DNA of 64,000 nt from Methanobacteriota archaeon (GCA_020697715.1 JAEHCO010000001.1:288001-352000), one strand, 5' to 3'; shown: positions 17,378 through 27,811, counted from the first letter of the stretch. Notes: generated by a model from the letters alone, not told the origin. Program-made: numbers and translations.

Positions 17378-20194
17378 ATGGGTATGAGAAAGACGATTAT
17401 AATTCTGATAAGCATATTGATGTTCACGAGCATGATGGTAGTTCCGGGAAACACTGGCGATGTGGAAGCTGGTGTTCCAGATACAACTACACTCGCGCTC
17501 ACGCCTCATGCACCGATTCGAATAAATTCGAATGCGGATTTCCCAGGGATAGCGACAGCCGGGGATGGAAGTATTGGCGATCCGTGGATCATTGAGAACT
17601 GGGAGATCAATGGCACAGGGAATGGCACTTGCATTTTTGTCGGAAATGTAACTGAACATTTCGAGATCAGAGATTGTGACCTATCAAACTCAGATGGTTC
17701 AAGTATCTGGCCTCATGTTGGAAATTATGGCTTGATCCTGAATAACACATATGGAGGGAATATCACCAATTGTTCATTTAATTTCAATGAAGCTGGTGGA
17801 ATTCATATCACAGACAGCCAGTATCTGAATTTATCATATAATATCTTTCATGATTGTCCTATAGGAATTGAAATGGTCAGCTCATCAAATCTGATGATCA
17901 AACATAACGATATTCAAAATTGTACAAGTACTGGGATAAATAGCAGAAATTATTCGAATAATAATATCATTGAAAACAACACATTTATGAACAATGATAA
18001 TCGGGCCATTGTGATCAAGGGCTCTTTCAATCTCATAAACAATAATTCATTCTTTGGAAATTACCGTGATATCGATATATTGTATGGAGATAATAATCAT
18101 ATATCAAATAATTCGTTTAATAATTGTACAGATATCAGCATTATCACTATCTTGAGCTGGTTCAATCAAATTTACAATAATACCTTCACCTACAACAATA
18201 TAGACATAAGCATTGAATGGGATGGCGGCGGTCAGAAAATATATCACAATATGTTCATAGACAGTGCATTACCTCCTTATGATTCAGGATCTACTGATTC
18301 TGAATGGGATAATGGATATCCCTCAGGAGGTAATTATTGGTCAAATCATACTGGCTATGATAATTATTCAGGCCCTGATCAAGACATTCCTGGAAGCGAT
18401 GGGATAATCGATACAAATTATACTGGTTTCAGCGGTCTGTTCAATGCTGTCGATAACTATCCATTTAAGAAGCCATTTGATTATGTGGATTCTCTGGCTC
18501 CTAATTCATCAGTGGTCTCTATAATACCATACCTGCAAACAGATCCAGTTGATATCACAGCCACTGCTGTTGATGATGATGCTGGCATTGCCAATGTCAC
18601 CCTTTTCTATCGCTATTCATCGGACAATGTCACCTTCGGCAACTGGACATTCTTCGGACTTGATGCTGTATACCCATACGAATGGAACTTCGACTTCCCT
18701 GCTGGTGAAGGCTTCTATCAATTCTATTCCATCGCTATCGACAACCTCAATAACACGGAAGATGAGCCAGTAACAGCAGATGCCCACTGTGTGTATGATA
18801 TCAATCCGCCTATATCCAGTGTCGATGATCCAGCCCCATACTGGCACAATACCCCGATCAATATTTCTATAAATGCAAGTGATGCAGGTATAGGGGTCGC
18901 CAACGTCACCCTCTTCTACAACTATTCCCCGGACAATGCCACATCCGTCTTCGGAACCGAGTTCGGAACTGATCTTGCAGCGCCCTGGAACTTCACCTTC
19001 GACTTCCCAGCTGGCGAAGGTTATTATGAATTTTTCTCCATAGCCACGGACATATTCAACAACACCGAGAGCCTGCCATTATCCGGGTACGCTTCTTGCG
19101 GCTACGATGCCACCACCCCGCAGTCTGAAGTACTGCAGCCGGACTTCTGGCAAGACAATCACACCGTGTACTTGGAATGGGAGACGAACGAGACTTTGAG
19201 TGGCTTCGGCCCTCTTTCACTTGGCCAGTATCCTTCCCATGATAATGTCGACCTCTGTATGCGCTACAGCCTTGACAATCAAACATGGGGTATCTGGAAA
19301 CTGGTCACGGAAAATATGGTCAATTCCTCCACACACAATATCACGGTATTGGAAGATGGATATTATCAATTCTACACCATCGCGCAGGACATTGCTGGGA
19401 ATCTGGAAGCCCCGCCTATGGATTCAGATTCATCTGTGACTTATGACATATATATCGGCATTGACACGGTGTCACCAGTGGCAGTCGCTGCCGATGAACA
19501 GAACTACACGATATCTCAATTCAGTACGGTGATGTTCGACGCCTCTGCTTCGACAGACAATATGGGCATACACAGCTACACATGGAATTTCACGCATATC
19601 GTCAATGGCACTTTGCAGGAAGTGGTGATCCACGATCCGGCCTTCAATTTCACCTTCGGATACTATGGGCAATACCCGATCACATTGACCGTGATAGACC
19701 AGGCTGGCAATATGGACCAGGACATCATGAACTTCAATATCACGGATGATGAAGCTCCGATCGCCAATGCGGGCCCGGATCAACACAAGGATCAGTTGGC
19801 CTGGGTGACCTTCAGAGGTATCGATTCATCGGATAATGTCGGCATAGTGGATTACACATGGACCTTCTCATACAATGGCACGATCATCACTCTGGAGGGG
19901 GCACAGCCCAAGTTCAGGTTCATGTATCATGGTAATTACAATGTCACGATGACCGTCACGGACCTTGCGGGAAATACAGCATCGGACAATGTCATGATAT
20001 ACATTGCGGAGGACATAAGCTCGACTGGTAGCGGTTATAACTGGATAATCGTGATATTCGTACTGGTACTGTTGTTATGCGTGATCATGATAATGGCCTT
20101 TTATTTCAAAAAGACCAGTTCCGTGGGTTCTGAAGAGCGTGATGATGAATATGATGAGTATGGGGAAGATGATAGGTACGATGGAAGAAGATAA
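17378..20194 (+). CDS. Cell-surface protein: NosD/CASH right-handed beta-helix, Ig-like repeats, two PKD domains, C-terminal TM anchor
   Basis: Signal peptide; HAPIRINSNADF..GDGS..DPWIIENW; Asn-ladder repeats; WDNGYPSGGNYWS; FDAS.S.DN.GI.SYTW PKD motifs; C-terminal hydrophobic helix. Confidence 0.9.
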   Translation: MGMRKTIIILISILMFTSMMVVPGNTGDVEAGVPDTTTLALTPHAPIRINSNADFPGIATAGDGSIGDPWIIENWEINGTGNGTCIFVGNVTEHFEIRDCDLSNSDGSSIWPHVGNYGLILNNTYGGNITNCSFNFNEAGGIHITDSQYLNLSYNIFHDCPIGIEMVSSSNLMIKHNDIQNCTSTGINSRNYSNNNIIENNTFMNNDNRAIVIKGSFNLINNNSFFGNYRDIDILYGDNNHISNNSFNNCTDISIITILSWFNQIYNNTFTYNNIDISIEWDGGGQKIYHNMFIDSALPPYDSGSTDSEWDNGYPSGGNYWSNHTGYDNYSGPDQDIPGSDGIIDTNYTGFSGLFNAVDNYPFKKPFDYVDSLAPNSSVVSIIPYLQTDPVDITATAVDDDAGIANVTLFYRYSSDNVTFGNWTFFGLDAVYPYEWNFDFPAGEGFYQFYSIAIDNLNNTEDEPVTADAHCVYDINPPISSVDDPAPYWHNTPINISINASDAGIGVANVTLFYNYSPDNATSVFGTEFGTDLAAPWNFTFDFPAGEGYYEFFSIATDIFNNTESLPLSGYASCGYDATTPQSEVLQPDFWQDNHTVYLEWETNETLSGFGPLSLGQYPSHDNVDLCMRYSLDNQTWGIWKLVTENMVNSSTHNITVLEDGYYQFYTIAQDIAGNLEAPPMDSDSSVTYDIYIGIDTVSPVAVAADEQNYTISQFSTVMFDASASTDNMGIHSYTWNFTHIVNGTLQEVVIHDPAFNFTFGYYGQYPITLTVIDQAGNMDQDIMNFNITDDEAPIANAGPDQHKDQLAWVTFRGIDSSDNVGIVDYTWTFSYNGTIITLEGAQPKFRFMYHGNYNVTMTVTDLAGNTASDNVMIYIAEDISSTGSGYNWIIVIFVLVLLLCVIMIMAFYFKKTSSVGSEERDDEYDEYGEDDRYDGRR

Positions 20195-20199
20195 CTTGT

Positions 20200-21981
20200 T
20201 CACTTCTTCTTCAGACATTTGTTCTCAATGGCCCAGATGAATCTCTCCTTCTCGCCCTCTGGTATCCTTATCCTGTCACCCTTTTGATGCTTCTTGCCAG
20301 AGGTCCATTCCGTGAATTTCTTGGTAACTTCATAGAGATCGCCGCCAGTCGATAATTTCGCCTTTCCCGCTTTCTTTCGATAAGCGGAATAATTGCCGCT
20401 GAAGGTCGTGAGCGCCCCGTCCCTGAGGTCGAATATGTTCTCGGCCACACTGTCCAATAGTGCTCGATCGTGAGTTATTATCATCACTGTTCCTTCATAA
20501 TCCATCAAGGCCTTTTCCACCGAGGCCTTGGCATACAGGTCCAGATAGTTCGTGGGCTCGTCCAGTATCAGCATATTGTGATCGCTCATCAGGAGCTTGG
20601 CTATCGACAATCTCGCCCTTTCTCCCCCACTCAGGGTGAACACCTTCTTGAACACGTCCTCACCTCTGAAGAAGAACTTGCCAAGGTATTTCCGCACCCA
20701 TTCTTCTCCCGCGTCCTTCTTATGCTTCCGAATTTCTTGGATAACTGTGTTTCCACGTACGAGGCCATCCTGTTCCTGGGCATAATAACCGATCTTCGTG
20801 CCCTTGCTCACTTTGATAGTGCCAGTTGTGGGTTCGAGCTCTCCCATTATCATGCGTATGAGCGTGGTCTTTCCAGAGCCATTGGGCCCGATAAGACCGA
20901 TGCGCTCTCCTTTTTCTATCCTGAAGTCGCATTTGCCGATAATCGATGCCTTTCCGTATGATTTCTTCACATCCAGCGCGTCTACAGTGTCCTTCCCGCT
21001 CTTTTCCGCTGTGCCGAACTCCAGAGCCAGTTTCCTCGAGTGGTCTGTCGGTCTGTCCATCTTGTCCATGCGATCCAGCTTCTTCTGCTGGGTCTTGTGC
21101 AGGGAGCTGAAACTGTACACACTGTGCATCCACTCGATCATCTCCTTCTGCCTCAGGATCTCCTTCTGCTGTTTCGCATACGTCTTCAGGTTCTTCTCGA
21201 GGTCGAAAGATTTCTTCTCCAGATAGTCAGAATAATTTCCCGAATATATATTGGATCTAGTATTTTCGATCTCCACGCTCTTGGTGATGATCTTGTCCAT
21301 CATGTATCGGTCGTGGGACACTATCAACACCGCACCAGGGTAATTGGCCAGATAATCCTCCAGCCATTCGGTCGTCTCTATGTCAAGGTGATTCGTGGGC
21401 TCGTCCAGTAGAAGAAGATCCGCTCCTTTTGCTTCCAGAAGTATGCTGGCCAGTCTTGCTTTGGTCTTCTCACCACCACTTAGATCACCCACTTTTGTGT
21501 GAAAGTGTCTTTTCGTGAACTTCAGATCCTCGAGCACTGCCTCCGCTCGGGTTGGCTGGCCGTAACCCCCACTCGACGCAAACTCCTCTAAAGAATTGGC
21601 ATACTCTTTAGAGATCTCCTCCAACTGCTCCGTCGATATGGTACCAGGATTCTCAAGTCTATTCTCTAAAAAGGCGATCTTCTTGGCAAGCGAACCCAGC
21701 TTGCCAGTGGGTTTGGATATGGCCTCGATCAGGGTCTTGGAATCCTCAAGGGGACTGAGTTGGGTCATGTAACCCAATGTCTTGTCCTTCAATCCCGTGA
21801 TCTCGCCATTATCAGCCTTTTCAATACCGTAAATTATGTTCAAAAGCGTGGTCTTGCCAGTGCCGTTCTGGCCAATGAGTCCCACCTTCTGGCCTTCGTC
21901 TATTATGAATGAGATATCCGATAGCACTGTCTGTGGGCCATATGATTTACTTATCGAATTCACGGATATGAGAAGGGGCAT
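20200..21981 (-). CDS. ABC-F family ribosome-associated ATPase
   Basis: Two ABC domains (GQNGTGKT, LSGGEK, LLLDEPTNHLD; GPNGSGKT, LSGGER, LILDEPTNYLD), inter-domain linker, no TM. Confidence 0.92.
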   Translation of the reverse strand: MPLLISVNSISKSYGPQTVLSDISFIIDEGQKVGLIGQNGTGKTTLLNIIYGIEKADNGEITGLKDKTLGYMTQLSPLEDSKTLIEAISKPTGKLGSLAKKIAFLENRLENPGTISTEQLEEISKEYANSLEEFASSGGYGQPTRAEAVLEDLKFTKRHFHTKVGDLSGGEKTKARLASILLEAKGADLLLLDEPTNHLDIETTEWLEDYLANYPGAVLIVSHDRYMMDKIITKSVEIENTRSNIYSGNYSDYLEKKSFDLEKNLKTYAKQQKEILRQKEMIEWMHSVYSFSSLHKTQQKKLDRMDKMDRPTDHSRKLALEFGTAEKSGKDTVDALDVKKSYGKASIIGKCDFRIEKGERIGLIGPNGSGKTTLIRMIMGELEPTTGTIKVSKGTKIGYYAQEQDGLVRGNTVIQEIRKHKKDAGEEWVRKYLGKFFFRGEDVFKKVFTLSGGERARLSIAKLLMSDHNMLILDEPTNYLDLYAKASVEKALMDYEGTVMIITHDRALLDSVAENIFDLRDGALTTFSGNYSAYRKKAGKAKLSTGGDLYEVTKKFTEWTSGKKHQKGDRIRIPEGEKERFIWAIENKCLKKK

Positions 21982-21999
21982 CTAAATTCCTCTACTGGC

Positions 22000-23892
22000 T
22001 CAGCCTCTGAAAGATATCCTTCTACTCAGGAGCATGGGTAATGGGAGTGGTGCTGTTGGCATTCCCTTTTGCATTTCCGCAAGCTTGCTGGCCAATTCCT
22101 CCATGGTCAGCTCTTCCTGGGTTCCATCCCTTCTTCTGATGGACAGCTTTCCGCTTTCCTGTTCCTTCTCTCCAAAGACGATTATGAAATCTATCCAGTC
22201 CTTTTCCGCATCCCGGATCTTCTTGCCAATGCTCTGGTCACGATCATCCACATCCGCCCTGGCATTGAGCTTGCTGGCCAATTCCTTGCAGTTCTCCAAT
22301 ACATCATCGTGAACTGGCAGGAATCTCACCTGAGTTGGAGCCAGCCAGTACGGGAATTTCGGCTTCTCGCCCGTCATCTGTTTCAAATGTATATTCTCCA
22401 GAAGCGCGTACATCACCCTCTCAATGGCACCAGATGGTGACTGGTGCAGGATATATGGATGGTGATTCTTCCCATCCGCTCCGACATAAGTGATGTCATA
22501 TCTCTCGGCATTCTCCACATCCAATTGATCCGTATTGAGGGCACTGGCCTTTCCCTGAGCATCCACGAAGTTCCATTCGTATTTGAATATGAAATAAAAG
22601 AATCTCTTATCCCACATCTCGACAAGTGCTGGCTTGCCCCATTTTTTGACAAGGTCAGCAAGGAATTCCGAGTTCTCATCATAGAAGTCTTTGGTAACTC
22701 TGATGGCGAATTCAAGTTCATCCGGAACCTGGAAGCCAATACCATTTAGGACATCCCAGGAGAGTTGAAACCTTTCCTGCATTTCCTGCTTGGCCATTTC
22801 GATATCGGCACAAAATGAGTGGCAATCCGGCATTGTGAAGGTCCTCAACCTTCGCAGACCAGTAAGTTCTCCACGCTGCTCCGCTCTGAAGGAATAGTGG
22901 CTCATCTCGTACAGCCTCATTGGCAGATGCTTGTATGACACTGTCGCGTCATGCATCATGAGGAACTGGCCGAAACAGGCCGCGAATCTAAGGAACACTC
23001 TTTTATCAGGTGTCTGGATCGAATATTGGCGGGCGGGGAATCTGTGAAGATAGCTTTTGAGTGATGGGTGCTCGAAATCGTACATGATCGGTGTCTCTAT
23101 CTCCATGCCCCCAGTTCTCTGAACTTCCTGGTTCACGTAAGTCTCCAGCAAGGATTTCATCATCCTGCCCTTTGGATAGTATCGGAAATTGCCGGGATCG
23201 GATGCGGGCTCATAATCCACCAGTTCCAGTCGCTTCATCAGGTCCACATGCGGCGGTTCCTTTCCAGCCGCCCTGCTCTTCGCCATCTCGTACTGTGTGA
23301 ATTGCTTCAGTCGCTTGTGATCTCCGAAATCATAACCCTTGACCTTGTTGTTCTTGGTCTCAAGGGGCTTTAGCTCTCCATCCAGGCCAAGTACGAACCA
23401 ACTGGACACTGCCTTTTCCTCGGACTTGAGGGCTTCAGACACTTCCTCACCATCGCCTCCCTCATCTTCTCCAGCGACTATCTCCCTGGACAGCTCGGAT
23501 AGGGGATGTCCCTTGCAGCTTATCTTGAAGCTCTTGTACCAGCCGAAAGGCGAGCTGAGAACTGCATAACCTTCTTCTTTCAGTATCTCCGCGGTCCTTT
23601 CCAAGATCTCCTTACCAGATGCTGGCTTTCCGAGGGACGAACTAAGATGAGCATATGGATACAGAACCGCGTTCTTGGTCTCCACTTTTTCAGCAATTTC
23701 CATGACATTCGATGCCAATAATTTAGCACTGGCTTCTTCCTTCCCCTCATCGATCTCTTCGAAACTGATGTAGGTGACCAGAGCTTCCTCTATACGGCCT
23801 TTCTTTTCCGCATCTGATATGTCATCAGCCAGTTTCGTTTTCTTCTTCGCCTCGTATTCGAGGTAGTCAGCATGGATGAATAGTGCCCTCAT
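22000..23892 (-). CDS. thrS: Threonyl-tRNA synthetase, archaeal type with N-terminal editing domain
   Basis: YPYAHLSS and PFGWYK.F.ISCKGHPLSELSR editing domain; LRFAACFG, FR.EQ.GE, GAIER; start at MRALFIHAD. Confidence 0.96.
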   Translation of the reverse strand: MRALFIHADYLEYEAKKKTKLADDISDAEKKGRIEEALVTYISFEEIDEGKEEASAKLLASNVMEIAEKVETKNAVLYPYAHLSSSLGKPASGKEILERTAEILKEEGYAVLSSPFGWYKSFKISCKGHPLSELSREIVAGEDEGGDGEEVSEALKSEEKAVSSWFVLGLDGELKPLETKNNKVKGYDFGDHKRLKQFTQYEMAKSRAAGKEPPHVDLMKRLELVDYEPASDPGNFRYYPKGRMMKSLLETYVNQEVQRTGGMEIETPIMYDFEHPSLKSYLHRFPARQYSIQTPDKRVFLRFAACFGQFLMMHDATVSYKHLPMRLYEMSHYSFRAEQRGELTGLRRLRTFTMPDCHSFCADIEMAKQEMQERFQLSWDVLNGIGFQVPDELEFAIRVTKDFYDENSEFLADLVKKWGKPALVEMWDKRFFYFIFKYEWNFVDAQGKASALNTDQLDVENAERYDITYVGADGKNHHPYILHQSPSGAIERVMYALLENIHLKQMTGEKPKFPYWLAPTQVRFLPVHDDVLENCKELASKLNARADVDDRDQSIGKKIRDAEKDWIDFIIVFGEKEQESGKLSIRRRDGTQEELTMEELASKLAEMQKGMPTAPLPLPMLLSRRISFRG

Positions 23893-24173
23893 TTGGAACC
23901 CCATCCACCAGAACAATGACATTGGTATAAAAATATTGGTAAATGATCCGAACATCTATTGCTTGATCTGGCAGGCCATATCATAGATTATCATTTTGTT
24001 AAGGTGTGTCGATCGATAGTGTACATAATGATTATCGATGATAATTTTTCGATGATTTTTTATAGCCAGTATACCCAAAGGCTTAAATATATTCATTAGC
24101 CATACACTACTGGCCATGGTATGGTTCGATGAGCCAGTCATGCTAAATAAAATAAAACGTGGAGGAAATGAAA

Positions 24174-24392
24174 ATGGTAATGGAACCAATTACAGTAGAC
24201 AAAGCAATAGACATAGCGAAGAGAAAGGGATTAAAGCCAGGCCGTGTTAAGAACACACAGGGCATTCAGTTCACAAAGGGCAAGAATGACCGCTTGGAGA
24301 TCATCGACTGGGACGAGTTCAAAACAACTCTCGGCAAGAGGAAGCTCCAGGTATACGAGAGTGGCGGCTGGATGAAAATAATGAAGAAGTGA
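24174..24392 (+). CDS. Small basic hypothetical protein
   Basis: GGAGG RBS, upstream TATA (CTTAAATAT), downstream T-tract; KGLKPGRVKNT..IQF..DRLEIIDWDEF. Confidence 0.75.
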   Translation: MVMEPITVDKAIDIAKRKGLKPGRVKNTQGIQFTKGKNDRLEIIDWDEFKTTLGKRKLQVYESGGWMKIMKK

Positions 24393-24526
24393 TGCTAGCC
24401 ATCACTTCTTATTTTTCTTTTTTTTAAAATATAAAAAACCTTTTCTCAGAATGGCCTTTGTTAAAATGGGCTATACACTTATATATGCGTCCTTATATTT
24501 CAGCAAATCCCTAATGGAGCAATTGA

Positions 24527-26335
24527 ATGGCATTGCATATTGACCAGTTCCTTGTGATAATGATGGTGGCCGTGATCGTGGCCATCGTGGCAAAGTACAT
24601 AAGGTGGCCTTATACCATCGTGCTTTTGATATCTGGCCTGGTCATAGCTTATTTCAATGTCGATCCGCCTTTTGTTCTTGATAAGGACATGATCTTCCAT
24701 ATTCTTCTGCCTCCACTCATCTTCGAGGGTGCTCTGCACATGCGCCTGAAGCACTTGAAGGAGAATGCGAAGGTGATCTCATTATTGGCCATACCCGCCT
24801 TGATAATATCATCCTTTTTCGTGGGCTGGTTGATATATCTTTTTACAAATTCCTTCATGGCTTCCGCCCTTACCTTTCCCATAGCCCTCCTGATAGCGGT
24901 AATTATTATCCCAACTGATCCAGTATCCATACTAGCAATTTACAAGGACACCAAGATACCAACTAAATTGAAGAACATTATCGAGGGTGAAAGTATCTTT
25001 GATGATGGGACCTGTCTTGTTCTATTCGCTGTTATTCTGGATCTCATCAGAAGTGGCAATCTGGATCTCATGACAGGTATTGTTGATTTTCTCAGGATGG
25101 CCATATTCGGTATCCTTCTGGGATTGGCTGTCGGTTACATACTCTTCCTGATCATCTCGAAGATAGATGACAAGTTCACCGAGGTCATGATCACGCTCAT
25201 CATGGTCTTTGGTCTTTTCGCAATGGCCGAGAACATGGGTGCATCCGGTGTGTTCGCCGTCGTGATGGCTGGCCTTATTCTTGGAAATTATGGTACAAGG
25301 TTCGCAATGACCCCATCTGCCCGGCATACCCTTCTGAGCTTCTGGGGCTTCATAGTGTTCTTGGTAAATTCCTTCCTTTTCATAGTTGTTGGAATGAATG
25401 TCGATCTGGGAGCTGTTTGGAATGAGATCGAATTGGTGATATTCTGCGTATTGGCTCTCTGGTTTGCAAGAGGTGCGTCGATATATCTAATTGGCATAAT
25501 ATTGAATAAAAAAGGCGCTTCCCAGACCCTACCAAGGAAATGGCAAGCGGTCATGTGGTGGGGTGGGTTAAGAGGAGCAATCCCAATTGCTCTGGCATTA
25601 TCGATACCACTCACACTGGATGATGGTACATTATTCCCGCATCGTGATATGATATTGGCCATCACCTTTGGCGTGGTCCTTATCACTCTTCTTGTGCAGG
25701 GTTTGAGTCTGAAGACATTGATCGGAAAATTAGGATTCCATTCAGTATCCAAGAAGGAGGCTGAAAAGGAAGAAAGAGAGATCGCCACACTTCTGAAAGA
25801 TACGGTGGATGAACTGATACAATTGAAGGAAGATGGCGAGATATCCAATGCGGCCTATGAGTGGTTGATTCACAGATACGGTCAGGCCAATTCCCAACTT
25901 CTGACGGAATTAGGCCTTCTTGTTCAGGAACACGGATTCATACCTCGTGAGGAATACACCTATTCGGTAAAGGAGACCCTTGAGGCAAAAAAGGAGTCGG
26001 TCAAGGAAGCCTGGGAAAAGAACCTGATAAAAGGATCTGTGGGTGAGAGGCTTTTGTCCGAGATAGATTTCCAGATACAGACTTTGGCCGTCGAGACAGA
26101 GGGATCCTCACTCAGAACTCCAACCGATATCTTGAAAAGTGTCACAGTCAATAGAGCAAACAATGGCTCACAGACAGATCTGGAGACAAATTGTGCAATA
26201 TGTATGAATTCTATAGGTGATGGATGTGCTTTCGTAAAATGTAGATGTGGGACAACCTTCCATCAGGAATGCAGTGATGATACAGAGAGGTGTCCGGTTT
26301 GCATCGCCCCACTTGGAAGCTGCGAATTGAAATGA
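24527..26335 (+). CDS. CPA1 Na+/H+ antiporter with C-terminal RING-like Zn finger
   Basis: LLPPLIFEG, PTDPVS, EGESIFDDG, WGGLRGA motifs; C-terminal CAIC...CRC...FHQEC...CPVC. Confidence 0.92.
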   Translation: MALHIDQFLVIMMVAVIVAIVAKYIRWPYTIVLLISGLVIAYFNVDPPFVLDKDMIFHILLPPLIFEGALHMRLKHLKENAKVISLLAIPALIISSFFVGWLIYLFTNSFMASALTFPIALLIAVIIIPTDPVSILAIYKDTKIPTKLKNIIEGESIFDDGTCLVLFAVILDLIRSGNLDLMTGIVDFLRMAIFGILLGLAVGYILFLIISKIDDKFTEVMITLIMVFGLFAMAENMGASGVFAVVMAGLILGNYGTRFAMTPSARHTLLSFWGFIVFLVNSFLFIVVGMNVDLGAVWNEIELVIFCVLALWFARGASIYLIGIILNKKGASQTLPRKWQAVMWWGGLRGAIPIALALSIPLTLDDGTLFPHRDMILAITFGVVLITLLVQGLSLKTLIGKLGFHSVSKKEAEKEEREIATLLKDTVDELIQLKEDGEISNAAYEWLIHRYGQANSQLLTELGLLVQEHGFIPREEYTYSVKETLEAKKESVKEAWEKNLIKGSVGERLLSEIDFQIQTLAVETEGSSLRTPTDILKSVTVNRANNGSQTDLETNCAICMNSIGDGCAFVKCRCGTTFHQECSDDTERCPVCIAPLGSCELK

Positions 26336-26460
26336 AGATAAGATCACTGGACCAGGCAATATCATGCTGATGATCTGAATATGCAAACCTTTACTAATGA
26401 TAAGAAAATAAACCCTGGAAACCAGAGTGGATTATATCGGGCTAAGATAACTAACATCCT

Positions 26461-26588
26461 GTCGGGGTGGCTCAGCCTGGTGGAGCGCCGGACTCATAGG
26501 GACCCATTAGGGTAAAAATGGCGCCCAGAAGTCTAACCCTGGATCCTGAGCGATCCGGAGGTCACGGGTTCGAACCCCGTCCCCGACA
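26461..26588 (+). tRNA. tRNA-Met(CAT), elongator type, with 54-nt intron at position 37/38 (intron 26499-26552)
   Basis: Acceptor GTCGGGG/CCCCGAC; anticodon stem CCGGA/TCCGG; bulge-helix-bulge: CTCA:TGAG helix with TAG and CGA bulges. Confidence 0.93.
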
Positions 26589-26608
26589 CATTTATTTTAT
26601 ATTCAATA

Positions 26609-26845
26609 GGGGACGGAGCAAGGTTCGAACCCCGAGTATACCGCCGTGGAGCAAATACTGTGATTAGAATACAATTTGAATCGTATTAGCTCTTCTAATC
26701 GCTAGTGATATGCAGAATATGGGCGATTAGAAAACTCATCAAAGAGAATTTGAATAAAACGCGGAGCCTTTAACTCCGCGTTATCGAGCCTATGGCCTAC
26801 GAATGTACCTATTCGCCTATGGGCAATCAGGTGCAACTCCGTCCC
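26609..26845. ncRNA. Candidate structured non-coding element downstream of tRNA-Met
   Basis: Closing stem GGGACGGAG(26610-18)/CTCCGTCCC(26837-45) and several internal hairpins; no convincing ORF. Confidence 0.4.
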
Positions 26846-27012
26846 ACGACCAAAATACCAGGTTCAATTCTCGGCTACGACAATCGCAGATACTATCGAA
26901 TTCCATCATGTATCCAACCCCTCATTACCTGTACATACACAATCCCCTATCAATTCAATGGTAGTTTTTATATAGGAAATATAATATCCCACCCATTCCA
27001 GGAGAATCTTAA

Positions 27013-27723
27013 ATGGCAGCACCAAGAGGTCGAGGAGGCCCAAAGAAAGATAAGTGGAAATCCAAAAGCTGGTATAATGTAATGGCTCCCGATATGTTCG
27101 ACAGGGCAAAGGTATCTGAAGCCCTGGCAGACGAGCCGGAAAAGCTTATTGGTAGAGTAGCAGAGGTCACTGTACAGGACCTTACCGGGGATTTCGCAAA
27201 GATGCATATTAAAATGTCATTCAAGATTATCGATGTCAGGGGATCGGACGCCCACACTACTTTTGTTGGTCATGATATGGCAAGTGATTATGTCAGAAGG
27301 ATGACCAGAAGGAAGAGGACGAAGACAGATCTCATCGTCGATGCTTATACCAGGGATAAATTCTTACTTAGGATCAAACCCTTGATAATATCCGAGCGCA
27401 GGATCAAATCCTCCCAGCAGACGGCCATCCGTAAGAAGGTCTACGATGTGATCAACAACTACACACGTACAAGATCCTTGAACGAGGTTGTCAAAGGCAT
27501 CATCGGAGGCCAGATGGGTCGAGAAGCGGCCGTCGCCTGTAAGGTGATCCAGCCAATGCAGAGGGTGGAGATCCGTAAGACCGAGGTCCTTCGCCAGGGT
27601 GACATCGTGCACGTCTACGAAGATGAGCATGAAGAGGAAGAAGCAGCAGAGGTCGTGGAAGAGAAGCCCGTTGCAGAAGAGGTTCCAGAACCACCTGTCG
27701 CACCTGAAGAGGCAAAAGAATAG
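27013..27723 (+). CDS. rps3ae: 30S ribosomal protein S3Ae (eS1) with acidic C-terminal tail
   Basis: KDKWKSKSWYNVMAP, GRVAEVT..DLTGD, DYVRRMTRR, IQPMQRVEIRK. Confidence 0.96.
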   Translation: MAAPRGRGGPKKDKWKSKSWYNVMAPDMFDRAKVSEALADEPEKLIGRVAEVTVQDLTGDFAKMHIKMSFKIIDVRGSDAHTTFVGHDMASDYVRRMTRRKRTKTDLIVDAYTRDKFLLRIKPLIISERRIKSSQQTAIRKKVYDVINNYTRTRSLNEVVKGIIGGQMGREAAVACKVIQPMQRVEIRKTEVLRQGDIVHVYEDEHEEEEAAEVVEEKPVAEEVPEPPVAPEEAKE

Positions 27724-27755
27724 GCGAGTTTTACCTATTTTATTAAAACAATAGC

Positions 27756-27784
27756 CTGGGCTCTAAATCTTTGAGCCCAGTTTT
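27756..27784 (+). terminator. Hairpin plus T-tract between convergent genes
   Basis: CTGGGCTC-TAAATCTTT-GAGCCCAG-TTTT. Confidence 0.6.
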
Positions 27785-27811
27785 ATCTTATTTTACCCTA
27801 TTCTATCAAGA

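Noticed and set aside
26499-26552. C/D box guide RNA inside the tRNA-Met intron
   Set aside because: A CTGA is present but no convincing box C (RTGATGA); treated as an ordinary BHB intron.
26609-26860. tmRNA, RNase P RNA or SRP RNA
   Set aside because: GGGG start and tRNA-like 3' fragment are suggestive, but there is no proper acceptor/T-arm pairing, and RNase P and SRP signature motifs are absent; kept only as an unknown structured element.
26792-27082. 96-aa ORF upstream of rps3ae
   Set aside because: Overlaps the rps3ae promoter region and start in another frame; no RBS or motif.
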